This document shows positions 45,601 to 58,426 of a stretch of 64,000 nucleotides of DNA, piece after piece (within the stretch, counting starts at the first letter, position 1; each line of letters starts with the position of its first letter). The notes beneath the pieces are model-generated. The model did not search any database. It saw only the letters and a program-made list of their open reading frames with translations, and was not told the origin of the DNA. Source of the stretch: Eledone cirrhosa (lineage: Eukaryota); NCBI GenBank assembly GCA_964016885.1, contig OZ024745.1, forward strand, positions 86,490,001 to 86,554,000. Reading direction: 5' to 3'. Made by a program: the position numbers and the translations under genes.

Positions 45601-46317
45601 AATTTATTTATATCTTTTGCTAGCCTCTCCCTTGTCTAGTGATACCTCCACCTTCCCCTTTCTTAAGTTAACAGAAGGTAATGGGGAATAGTGGTGGTAG
45701 CAATGAAGGAGTGGTGGCGGCGGTGATGGGATAGTGGTAGCAATAATGGATGGAGTGGTGGCGGCGGTGGCGTTGTCGTTACTGAGTTTTGTTGAATAGA
45801 CTGTAGTTTTGTTTGATCTGTAGTATCTATGCGTTTGTGTCGCGTATGTTTAATATATGTGTTGACATATTCTCTTAATATTGGAATTAAACATTTTGTT
45901 AAAACTTGAGACAGTAATAATAGTAATTATTATTATGATGCTGGGATTGGTGGTGGTGGTGGTGGTGAAATTGCCATTATCTGGCTGTTGTATTTAGTGT
46001 ACACAGCGGGGTGATGGGGTAGGTGGTGTATCTAGTTTCTGGTGTTGGTGAAATTGCTGTTATTTGGCTGTTCTATATAGTGTAGACAGAGGGGGTTTTA
46101 TTCTATTTATAACCATTTTCTTTTTTGAATATAAAATGTATAATACAAAATTGAATATTTGAGCGATATAACAATATATTATGGATCCGAATTTTTATGA
46201 GACTTGATTCGGTGCTTTATGCATCATTTGTACTAAGAATTGTTATTTCACAATTGATTTAAATATGTTAAAAATCAAAAACTTACGGGAGTGATTTCAT
46301 GACCTTCTACCACCATT
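42613..46317 (-). mobile_element. R4/Dong-like RLE element, family C copy 1: ORF from 45151, frameshifted, 3'-deleted
   Basis: Myb-like KWSREDNKEV, KSPGKD, NYRPITCL, GIFQGDSLSPLLF, HLFYMDDLKL. ~1.1-kb 5' region ending at (TTA)n. Confidence 0.9.
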
Positions 46318-46344
46318 ACTACCATTATTATTATTATTATTATT

Positions 46345-49300
46345 GAATGCTATGGTTGACGGAGGCTCGGCTCTGTAAGGTATTGTAAATTTTGACCGCT
46401 ATAACAATTGTAAATTGTTTAAAACATTAACCAAATTGTAGACAAAAACACCCTCGTCCTCGTGAGAGGGGTCTTTCTGCCCGTTATTTGGCCCTTCGGG
46501 GTTAAATATCCGCTTATTGGGGTTTTGTGCCCAATATTTATTTTAAACAAAAAAAAAAAACATGGCTAAGAAAAAGAATTTTCATAGGTCACTCCCACTC
46601 ATTCCGTCTTCTTCCTCAATCGTCACTACAGCAGAGAGAAGATTGTCTGTCTTCCTCCCTTCTCTAAATGTGTCTCTCTCCCTCCCTTCTCTTTCGCAAG
46701 CGACGCCAGAAAAGAAAAATCACGTGCAAAGCGTGCAAGATTTCTCCACGACGACGACAACGACGAAAAAGGTGTGCGGGAAATACGAAAACCCATTTCA
46801 TTCGTCTGACGTCAGGAATAATAGCAGTAGCAGCCGTAATAAAAGCAGCAGCAGCAACAGTGACAAGGAAAAAAACAGTAACAGCCGCAACAGCATCAGC
46901 AGCAGCATAAACAACAACAGCATTAGCAGCAACAACAACAGCAGCAGCAGCAACAACAACAACAACCACAGCAACAGCGGCGGCGGCAGTAGTTGTAGTA
47001 CCTGCAGCAACAACAACAACAACAGCAGCAAAGAAAAACCAATCTCGTTTGCAGGTATCGCAAAGAACCTGGAAACCATCCTCATAACAAATGAGGAATT
47101 AGAGGAAGCGAAGAAGATGGTGACGAAAACCGGACACCGAGCAATCTGCAAGGCAGCCGAAACATTTTTCGAAACCCAACAGCACTGTACGGTCACGTAC
47201 CGTACAGTAAGCACAAAATCCCGTAGGGTTGAAAGAGCCACAGAGGCTCAAATATAAAAAGCCTTAGGGTCTGTGTGACAGCGGAAAACGCACATCACCC
47301 GAGGCAAGAAATATGCCACCGTAGACGTGCTTTTTGCCACACCCCAGGAGGCAAAGGCTCAATCCTTAGTGACCATAAGGAGCGAGGAAATGGTGTTGGT
47401 GCCCTCCTACTGCGGGAAAAAAATTGTGAAGGTCAAACTGACCCCCCCCCCCCCCAGGATGGCCCCTTCTTGGCTGGCCGCGTCTGTCCTCGTCGGAATC
47501 GAGGACAAAACAACTGTACTACAAGTACAGAAAAAAGTAAGAGAAGATTGGGTCGGCACCTCCATTGAGATGTTAATCCAAACCAACCAGGAGTGCATCG
47601 AAGCTATCCCGGATGTGATAGACTTCGATCACGGCACTCAACTGCCCATAAGTGTTGAGGGCAAACGCCCGAAATGCTTTCGCTGTAGATCGAAGACTCA
47701 CCTCAGGGCCTTCTGTAACGTGAAGACCCTGAGAAAGGAGAAAACCCCCCTCCTTCCGAAACCGGCTCCACGGCTACCAGCAACAGGACAAGCGGCAACC
47801 AGGAACGATAGGTCCGTGGCACCCATACCCACGCCACGGAAATCAAAAACAGCAGCAGCAGTGGAAGTATTAACAACAACAACAGTAATACCAAATGCAG
47901 CTGCAACAGAGACTCCAGTGCAAACATCACCAACAACAACAAGTGAAAGAGTGTAGCTGGTACCCCTCCCCGACCTCACAGAATCAGACATGGAGTGTGA
48001 GGTGGGAGAGGGATGGCAAAAGGTCGTAAGAAGGCACAAACGCAGAAGCAGCGCATCGTCGCCTTCGAAAAGGGAGGAAAGAAATGAAAAAAGGGTAAAG
48101 GCTACTGCAAAGAGACTCACAGCAGCAAAACCACCAGCACCATCACCACCCACACTAGCACCACCATCACCACCGGCGACAACCCCACCGCCAACAACAA
48201 CAACACCTTCAACACCACCACCACAAGCACCAACATCGCAAACACAAGAACAAAACACACACACCCAGCAACAACGGCAAGAAAATAGCAGAACCACACC
48301 CCACCCCCAGAAAAACAAATGCACGGCAATAAATACACACAACAAGAAACTAATGACTTACATAATTGAACACACAGAGGGTCGGTTACTAAGAGGATAT
48401 ACACTGACATCCTCTTGAAAACACCCATGACCAGCGAAAGGGACGGTTCTACTGTCCCTTCACCACACGATCAAGGTAAGTGACCCTTTCTCACTTGCCC
48501 CGTTTCTCATCCAACATGGCTGTACTCAGAATAGGCAGTATCAATGCACGTGGCCTGGGGTCATCTTGGAAGCAGGGTCACCTGCTCAATGACCTCAGGT
48601 CACTAAACATAGATGTGGTGGCCATCAGTGAAACCAGAATCTCCGAAGCACAAGCCTTCGCACCGATCTTCGGCGGCTACGATGTATACGCATCTCCCAG
48701 ACGTCCGGGGATCGAGGGGAGGGGTTGCCGTCCTTTTTCGGAGAGGCTTGGATCTCGCGATACGGGCCATCTTCCTAGACCCAGAAGGTAAGTCGGTAGT
48801 GCTGGACGTGACTGGCAGCGAAGGCAATGCTTTCAGGCTAGTAGCCGTCTACGCCCCAACAGGGGCAGGACGGCCAGATTTCTTCAGACGTCTAGAGACC
48901 TTTCTTTAGTGTTAGTGGGCGACTGGAACGGTATCTTGGATGCACGCTGGGATCGTGTGGGGCTAGTGGATAGGGGAGGAGGGTGCAAGAGCCTCACCAA
49001 CCTGCTCAGACGTTTTGAACTGTCTGACAGGTATCGACTGGATCACCCGAATGTGCCAATGTGGACATGGACAAACCGCATCGGGTCATCCAGATCGTAT
49101 CTCGATAGGGTATTCTGCAGAGAACTAGATGAGGCTAGTATAAGTTGTCCACAATTTAAAATAGTCGACTACACAGACCACAAATTTGTGATCTGTGAGA
49201 TCGACATAGACATACTTCATAGACAAGGGCCTGGTTACTGGAAGCTGAACGCGTCTTTCCCGGCGCGCAAAGACTACAGAGACCGGATTAGCGTATTAGT

Positions 49301-50035
49301 TAAGCGGGCGTTGACGGGAGCGGTCGTCAACAACAGGTGGTGGTTCACCCTGAAAAGGGCAATTAAAGTAGAGTCGATTAGGTTTAGCAAAGGAGTAGTG
49401 ATAGAGGAAAATAGAGTAGAGGGAGAGCTAGTCAGAAAGCTAGAAGAGGCGTTTAGGACAGGCATCGCAACCGACGTGCTTGCGGCGAGATTGGCACTCG
49501 ACTAATTCTTCAACGCAAAACACGAAGGCTGCGTTGTCAGAGCTAGAGCGCGTGCTCTGAAACACGAGGGGACAAAACCGTCCAATGGGCCCGGGTGGCA
49601 GAGGTGCGACGTGGCAACAAAGCCACAATTCGGTCTTTGTCTGACCAAAACGGGTGCGTGATGCTCGAACCCGAGCGGATGTGTGAAGCTTTTCAGCAGC
49701 ACTTTGCTGAACTGTTCGGGAGCGGCGGCGGCCCGGATCGGGGCATGGACTCCAGTGCATACCTCGACGGACTGCCTCGGCTCTCGACGACCGCAGCACA
49801 GTGTTGCGAAAAGCCAATAACAGCCGGTGAAACACGGGAAGCGATGGCTAACTGCACAAGGGGTAAATCGACAGGTTTAGATGGTCTGCCCTAAGAGCTT
49901 TATGCATTTATGCCAGACTTGTTCGGTGACCTCTTGGCAGATGTCTACTGCAACTGGCAGCAGAACGGGAACATTCCCAGTTTTGTGAGCCGGGGAGCAG
50001 TGGCGCTGCTGAGAAAAGACCCGAACAAGGGGGAT
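46345..50035 (+). mobile_element. Tx1/L1-clade LINE, second subfamily, 3'-deleted: ORF1 46562-~48479, ORF2 from 48516
   Basis: Zinc knuckle CFRCRSKTHLRAFC, APE motifs, and KSTGLDGLP at the RT start. Multiple stops and frameshifts. Starts after (TTA)n. Confidence 0.9.
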
Positions 50036-52535
50036 TTCCATTTGCTGGTTTTTCTAAGAGCCAAACGCAACTGTTCAACTGTTATATTTTCCCATATTTG
50101 TTCCTGAAGGTGAGCTGTATCTTTCATTTGTCTGTCTATCCATGGGGCATGTATATTATGAACTTTTTCTTCGGCCCAGATCTTTTCCCAGAATTCTTGC
50201 ACTTCCTCCTTGGGTGGTATTGATTTAGCAGTTATTGTTGACTTGCCAATTTTTCTGTAGAAGTTTCTTTGGTTGTTTTTGAACATATTATTGTCCTTAT
50301 AGAATCTAGATCGTTTTTCAAAGCGCCTTATACGAGCAGCTTTGGCTGACACTTTTTGCTTGATTATTTCTATCAGCATGTCTATGTCACTTGTTGATTT
50401 TATACTGTATTTTCTTTTCAATTTTCTAAGTTTGTTTAACATGTTCACCTACTTTGTAGTTTGTTAAAATTTCTATGTCAGATCGGAGAAGGTTTATCTG
50501 GCGATTGATGTTCTCTTGCCAAGTAGGTTTCTTGTGAGAATTCCTTTGTTTTTTCATTTTCACTCCACATAAGTGAGTGGTGACTTTAGCCGATGCATAA
50601 TAGAGATGATCTAGATCAGTAATGTTTAGTTTGTTTGTGATGATAATATTTTTGAGAATGATGTTAGTCTTGTGTATTATCTTTTGGTTCTGTTTGGAGT
50701 TCTGGATCTTAGGGAGGGTGTCAGATTCTTTTATTTTTATCCATTCGATCATAATTTCATTCTTCAAGTTGGCAAGTTCATTCTCATTCATTTCTTTATC
50801 ATTTACGATCGCATTGTCTTCGTTTTCAGTTTCATCTTGAGCATACACTCCCTCCACCTTTTCGATCCTTTCTTTAATTTGTTCTGCTGTCAGTGATCCC
50901 CCCCCCCCCAACCATGGGATTCGAAGTGTTACAATTTACCTCGCTTTCACTGACACATGTTTCATTTTACCTTCACTGACTTTGTGCTAATTGCTTGATC
51001 TGATCAATTTCTATATCAGTTAGTAACTTTTTTTTAACAATATTTCTTCGTATATTGGCTAGTTTGTTACTGTCAATATAGTCTCTGTTTTCGGGATGTT
51101 TCTTTTTCCAGTTGATATATGTCTGTTCTGTATTCGATGTATTTGATGGGTAGTACATGGCAGTGTAGAAAGCCTCAAGGACTTCTTTATTGTCTTCCCT
51201 TGACCATTTCTCTCTCTTTTTCTTTGGATTTCTTGGTGGTGAACATGGAGGGCCAACAGCAGGAGTATACCGGTTATGGGATGTCTCCAGTTCCGAATTG
51301 ATGGGAAGGTTTGAACCATTAGCTGAATTTTCGACCCCAGTCTGGTTCCTCTCTGAGGGACCTTTTTGACCCGGGTGACGGCCGATCCGGTATGAGATTT
51401 TATCATTTGACATTGACTTTATTTTGTTGCGTTTTATCCTTAACCGCCAAGGGGTAATCATTTCGTGTTACCACTCCTAGGACGAGTGTCAACCAAGACT
51501 AGAGGGGTCGTCCTCCCCTAGAGACACGGCTATTCCCCGCCGGCCGCCATCCCGTTATTTCTTGGTCACGGGGTTTTCTTTTTTTTTTTGTTTTTTAAAT
51601 TGTTATTATCATGAGTGGTTCCTTAATGTGAGCACTGCGTGGCTTAAGAATGAAATTATTATTAATAATATAATATACTTTTGTTGAAGTTGCCTGTTGT
51701 TGTTGTTGGCTATGTCGGTGGTGGTGCTGGGGCTTTTTCTATTGTTGGTGGGGAAGGGGGGGGAACCATCAGTGCCATAGTCGTTGACGTTTGACCGGGT
51801 CACTAAGTCAGTCTATTTATATCTTTTGCTAGCCTCTCCCTTGTCTAGTGATACCGCCACCTTCCCCTTTTTTAAGTTAACAGAAGGTAGTGGGGTAGCA
51901 ATGATGGAGTGGTGGCGGCGGTGATGGGATAGTGTAGCAATGATGGAGTGGTGGCAGCGGTGAATATAGTGATGGCGTTGGCGCTACTGAGTTCTGTTGA
52001 ATAGACTGTAGCTAGTATGCGTTTGTTTGATCTGTATATCTATGCGGTTTGTCGCCTGTTTAATATAAATGTTGACATATTTCCTTAATATTTGAATTAA
52101 ACATTTTGAGAAAACTTGAGATACAATAATAGTAATTATTATTATTATGCTGGGAGTGGTGGTGGTGGTGGTGGTGAAATGGCCGTTATCTGGCTGTTAT
52201 ATTTAGTGTACACAGAGGGGTGGTGCGATAGGTGGTGTATCTAGGTTGTGGTGGTGGTGAAATTGCTGTTATTTGGCTGTTCTATATAGTGTAGAAAGAG
52301 GGGGTTTTCTTCCATTTATAACCATTTTCTTTTTTGAATGTAAAATTTATAATACAAAATTGAATATTTGAGCGATATAACAGGATATTATGGGTCTTCA
52401 TTTCCTGATAGTGGAGCCTGGTGCCTTATGTCCCATTTGTACTAAGAATTGTTATATCAAAATTGTTTTAAATATGTTAAAAATCAAAAACTTACGAGAG
52501 CGATTCCATAACACTCTATCCACCACGTGCGTCTT
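50030..52535 (-). mobile_element. R4/Dong-like family C copy 2, 5' portion only
   Basis: ORF pieces 50973-51461, 50426-50911 and 50030-50448 are homologous to 43760-45151. 5' end abuts (TTC)n(TTA)n. Confidence 0.88.
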
Positions 52536-52562
52536 CTTCTTCTTCTTCTTCTTCTTCTTCTT

Positions 52563-52593
<31 letters not shown>

Positions 52594-52637
52594 TTATTAT
52601 TATTATTATTAATATTATTATTATTATTATTATTATT

Positions 52638-53760
52638 CTTTGACTCTCAGTCATTGATGTTAGTTAACTGGAAAGTTTGTTGAAATGAATATCAAGCTGA
52701 AATGAATACCTGAAGCCTCAGATATTCAGGACGTATCGGAGGGTTCTTGCTGTTCCCAGCAAGCATGCCTTTTGAAGCGTTCCAAAAAGCGTGAAGGGGC
52801 CAATTTTCTTTAACCATACCTGGAAACTTTTTGAGATAGTCCCTAGTGCGCCTATGACAATCGGGATCACTTTGACTTCATGGCAGTTCCAAATCCGTTT
52901 TACCTCCCACTTTAAGTCCTGGTATCGGTTAATTTTCACCCTCTCATTCTCTTGAACTCTCGTGTCGAATGGGCAGGCTAAATCCACAATCAGGCACGAT
53001 CTTTTTTCTTTGTCCACAACCACCAGGTCAGGTCTATTGTGTTCCAGTTTCTTGTCCGTCTGTATCCTAAAATCCCACAGCACCTTCACCTGATCGTTTT
53101 CTATCACCGACTCTGGCTTATGCTCATACCACTTCTCAGAATGTGGTAAATTGTTTACTTTGCATAGGTGCCAGTGGATCAACCTGCCCATCACATCATG
53201 TCTCCATCCCTTATAGTGAGTCTGGGCTAGGTGTTTACACTCGGATACAATGTGAGCCACAGTCTCCTCTCTCTCTCCACAGATCCTGCACAGTGGGCTA
53301 GCCTCCTTCTTGTAAATATGGTGTTTCAACCACTTCGTTTTGAGGGCCTGCTCCTGCGCAGCCATTAACATTCCTTCTGTAGTCTTTTTAAGGTCTCCTC
53401 TTTTCAACCAGTTCCATGTCTGTGGATCTCTAAATTCAGTTTTCTCAAAGAAGGTACTATGAAGAGATTTTTCCTGAAGGCTGCTCTTTCTCCTTGATGT
53501 TATTTCCTCCTTGGACATCCCCTGGCCTATTGTCCCCTCCTTCAGTACAGTTCTGAGCATTGGCTCCTTACTATCAGTCACGTATTTGTGTAGGTTGTTT
53601 TTCTCCATCTGAACACAGTCCTCTATGCTGATAAGACCTCTTCCACCCTCAGATCTCCTTAAGTAGAGTCTATCGACATCACTCCTCTTGTGGAACATGC
53701 TGTAGATAGTCAATAGCTTCCTAGTCTTCCTATCCATTTCTGTCTGTTCAGCAACATTCC
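52638..53760 (-). mobile_element. R4/Dong-like family B, 5'-truncated copy with intact 3' end (CCHC finger + RLE)
   Basis: 339-aa ORF 52718-53737 with CRICGEREETVAHIVSEC, RHD, RPDL...IVD, KINRYQDL, IPIVIGALG. (TTA)n on both sides. Confidence 0.92.
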
Positions 53761-53781
53761 ATTATTATTATTATTATTATT

Positions 53782-56700
53782 ACAGTTGCATTTATCTTGC
53801 TTTATGTTCATACGAATTATCACCAAGTCACAACCAGTGACCTCAAGAGACAACAAGCTCCGCCATGTTCAAGAAAGAACATACATACTCACACATGCAT
53901 CTTTAGTGTTTAGACTTGTGATGTACTTATATTGACAGAATCTTCCTTAGTATATGGGCAGTTCCCATTAGTACTATCTTTTGTATTTCTCCTATACGCG
54001 GGTTTCCTGGGATTTGCGATAAGTAATCATTAGACCCCTTAGGTATCATTCCTAGAGCGCCTACAACCACTGGTATTGTTTTAGTTCTCAATTTCCACAT
54101 TTTTCCAATTTCTATCTCCAGGTCCTTATACTTGCTCAATTTTTCAAATGTTTTTATAGATACATTCTTGTCTATTGGAACAGACATATCAATTAGCAGG
54201 CATACCCTCTTTTAAAGTCCTTCAATATTATATCAGGTCTATTTGCATCTATTTTTCGGTCTGTTTGGATGCTAAAGTTCCACAAGATTGAGATGTGATC
54301 TTTTTCAAGTATGGGAGGTGGTTTATGCTCCCACCAATTCTTTTGATGGGGCAGGTCAAAATGCTTACACATTATCCAATGTATGTATTGTGCAGCTCTG
54401 TCATGCCTGTTTAGGTATTCGGTTGGAGCTATAGGACTGCACATTGAAATTATATGGTCAATGGTCTCTGGTTGTTTTTTACATACACGGCATAATGGGC
54501 TGCATCCATTTTTTATTATGTTGGCTTGGTAATTTTTTGTTGGCAGACACTGATCTTGTGCTGATATAATCAGTCCTTCAGTCTCCGATTTCAGTTCAGA
54601 GGATGCCAACCACTGATGGGTCAAAGTTTTGTCAACATCAGGATTGTTAGCTCGCTCTGGGTATTTTCCATACAGAGGCTTTTCTTGCCATTTCTTAGCA
54701 AGTTTCTGTAGCAGTTCTTTCTTTGCAGTTACTTTTACCTGCTTTGCTTTTTCTGTGTTTTCCATTTCAGCAGTAAATGGGACTTCTGGAATGTGTAGTC
54801 CATTACTGTATCTTTGTGCATCTTTTGTAATGGAGTATGATCTTTTGATGCTTTCGTGTTTCAAAACGAGTTTGATCATCCAAGATATGTAGATAATCCA
54901 ATTGTTGCAGTTTTCAACGCAATGTCTAACTGGATTAACCCACGTCCTCCTTCTTTCCTAGGGAGATATATTTTATCTGTATCTGCCTTAGGGTGATGCA
55001 TTCTGTGCATGGTTAAGAATTTTCGAATTTTTTTATCGAGCCTACGGATCTCTGTGCTTGACCAGTTGATGACATTGTAACTGTAGGTTACTACTGGTAT
55101 GGCGAGCGTGTTTATGGCATCGATCCTATTCCTTGCATTCAATTCCGTTCTTAAGATTGCTCTTACTCTGCGGTAACATTCCTTCCTTATCCTTTCCCTC
55201 ATTGTCGAGTGCTTGATTCCGTCTCCTTCACAAACACCTAGATATTTGTAAGTTTTTTCTTGATAAAGTTCTCTTATCACATTCCCCGATCAAGATTAAT
55301 GTCTGAACTCTTCAGCATCTTTCCTGTGGCGAACGTTGCTTTGGCGCATTTATCTAGTCCAAACTCCATTTTAATGTTATCACTGAACTGCTCCACAGTG
55401 GATAATAGCCCTTGCAAGTGTTCATAATTTTTTGCAAATAGTTTCAGGTCATCCATGTAGAACAAGTGATTAATGGTTTTGTCATAGACTTTATATCCAT
55501 GTTTTGTTTCATTGAGCATTTTACTTAATGGTATAAGTGCGATGCAGAATAAAAGCGGTGATAAAGAGTCACTCTGAAAAATTCCACAATTAATATTAAC
55601 TTCTCCAGCTTCCAGTGATTTTGTTTCACTATTCAAAAGGAGTGTCGTTTTCCATGTCTTCATACTGAATGACAAAAACCTCCTGACAACGGGGGATATT
55701 TTGAAAATCTCTAAACATTTTTCAATCCAACTGTGTGGCAAACTATCGAATGTTTTTTTATAATCTATCCAAGCAATTGATAGATTTTTATGTCTATGAT
55801 GACAATCTTCCAGTATCATTTTGTTTAACCAAAAGCTGATCCTTACAGCCATATGAGCCTCGTTTACACCCTTTCTGCTCAATGGGAAATAGGTCATTTG
55901 TTATCAGGTGGTCATATGTATATTCAGTTAGGACTGATGTTAAAATTTTATACATTGTGGTCAAGCAAGTTATCGGTCTGTAATTTTTGGGATTGTTTGT
56001 CTCATCATTCTTCGGAAGCAGGAATGTAATGCCGTTAACTAGCCATGATGGTATCTTTTCTGGCTATTTTCCTTAACTATTTCATTGTAAATGTGTAGTC
56101 ACTTGTTGATTTTATACTGTACTTTCTTTTCAATTTTCTAAGTTTAGTTTGTTTAACATGTTCACCTACTTTATAGTTTGTTAAAACTTCTATGTCAGAT
56201 CGGAGAAAGTTTATTTGGCGATTGATGTTCTCTTGCCAAGTAGATTTCTTGTGGGAATTCCTTTGTTTTTTCATCTTCACTCCACATAAGTGAGTGGTGA
56301 CTTTAGCCGATGCATAATAGAGATGATTTAAATCAGTAATGTTTAGTTTGTTTGTGATGATAATATTTTTGAGAATGATGTTAGTCTTGTGTATTATCTT
56401 TTGGTTCTGTTTGGAGTTCTGGATCTTAGGGAGGGTGTCTCGTTCCCCCATGTCAGATTCTTTCATTTTCATCCATTCGATCATAATTTCATCTTTCAAG
56501 TTGGCAAGTTCATTCTCATTCATTTCTTTATCATTTACGATCTCATTATTTTCATTTGGAGTTTCATCTTGAGCATGCACTCCCTCCACTTTTTCGATCC
56601 TTTCTTTAATTTGTTCGGTTGCCAGTGATTCCGCCTCAACCCTGGGATTCGAAGTGTTACAATTTACCTCGTTTTCACTGACACATGTTTCATTTTCACT

Positions 56701-58360
56701 TCACTGACTTTGTGCTAATAGCTTGATCTGATCAATTTCTATATCAGTTAGTAACTTTTTTCTTACAATATTTCTTCGTATATTGGCTAGTTTGTTACTG
56801 TCAATATAGCCTCTGTTTTCGGGATGTTTCTTTTTCCAGTTGATATATGTCTGTTCTGTATTCGATGTATTTGATGGGTAGTACATGGCAGTGTAGAAAG
56901 CCTCAAGGACTTCTTTATTATCTTCCCTTGACCATTTTTCTCTCTTTTTCTTTGGATTTCTTGGTGGTGAGCATGGAGGGCCAACAGTAGGAGTATTCCG
57001 GTTATGGGAGGTCTCCAGCTCCGAAGTGATGGGAAGGTTTGAACCATTAGCTGATTTTTCGACCTCAGTCTGGTTCCTCTCTGAGGGACGCGGCCCTTTT
57101 TTACCCGGGTGACGGCCGCTCCGGTATGAGATTTTATCATTAGACATTTACTTTATTTTGTCGCGTTTTATCCTTATCCGCCAAGGGTAATCATTTCGTG
57201 TTACCACTTCTAGAACGAGTGTCAACCAAGACTAGAGGGGTCATTCTCCCCTAGAGACACGGCTATTCCCCGCTGGCCGCCATCCCGGTATTTCTTGGTC
57301 ACGGGGTTTTCTTTTTGTTGTTTTTTTTAAATTGTTATTATCATGAGTGGTTCCTTAATGTGAGCATTGCGTGGCTTAAGAATGAAATTATTAATAATTG
57401 TCTCCACTCCAGGCACAAGGCCAGCAATCACCCAGTGCATTACAATAATATAATATACTTTTTGCTGAAGTTGCCTGTTATTGTTGTTGGCTATGTCGGT
57501 GGTGGTGCTGGGGCTTTTTATATTGTTGGTGAGGAAGGGGTGAGCCAGCAGTGCCATAGTTGTTGACGTTTGGCCGATGGCCAGGTCACTAAGTCTATCT
57601 ATTTATATCTTTTGCTAGCCTCTCCCTCGTCTAGTGATACCGCCACCTTCCCCTTTCTTTTTTTCTCTTAAGTTAATAGGGGAATAGTGGTGGTAGCAAT
57701 GAAGGAGTGGTGGCGGCGGTGATGGGATAGTGGTAGCAATGATGGATGGAGTGGTGGCGGCGGTGGCGTTGTTGTTACTGAGTTTTGTGATATGTAGTAT
57801 CTATGAGTTTGTGTCCCGTATGTTTAATATATGTGTTAAATAAACTAGTTTTGTTCGATCTGTAGTATCTCTGCGTTTGTGTCGCGTATGTTTAATATAT
57901 ATTGTTGACATATTCCCGTAAAATTGGAATTAAACATTTTGTTAACACTTGATACAATAATAATAGTAATTATTATTATTATGATGCTGGGATTGGTGGT
58001 GGTAGTGGTGAAATTGCCGTTATCTGGCTGTTATATTTAGTGTGATGGGGTAGGTGGTGTATCAAGTTTCTGGTGTTGGTGAAATTGCTGTTATTTGGCT
58101 GTTCTATATAGTGTAGACAGAGCGTGTTTTCTTCCATTTATAACCATTTTCTTTTTTGAATACAAAATATAGAATACAAAATTGAATATTTGAGCGATAT
58201 AACAATATAATATGGATCCGAAATTTTATGAGACTTGATTCGGTGGTTTATGCATTATTTGTACTAAGAATTGTTATTTCACAATTGATTTAAATATGTT
58301 AAAAATCAAAAACTTACGGGAGCGATTTCATGACCTTCTACCACCACGTGCGTCTTCTTC
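53782..58360 (-). mobile_element. R4/Dong-like family C copy 3, near full length but frameshifted, with an internal deletion near 56080
   Basis: ORF pieces run from 57147 to the stop at 53927, with RT, CRVCKKQPETIDHIISMC, NRPDII and IPVVVGALG. (TTA)n on both sides. Confidence 0.92.
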
Positions 58361-58367
58361 CCTATTC

Positions 58368-58422
<55 letters not shown>

Positions 58423-58426
<4 letters not shown>

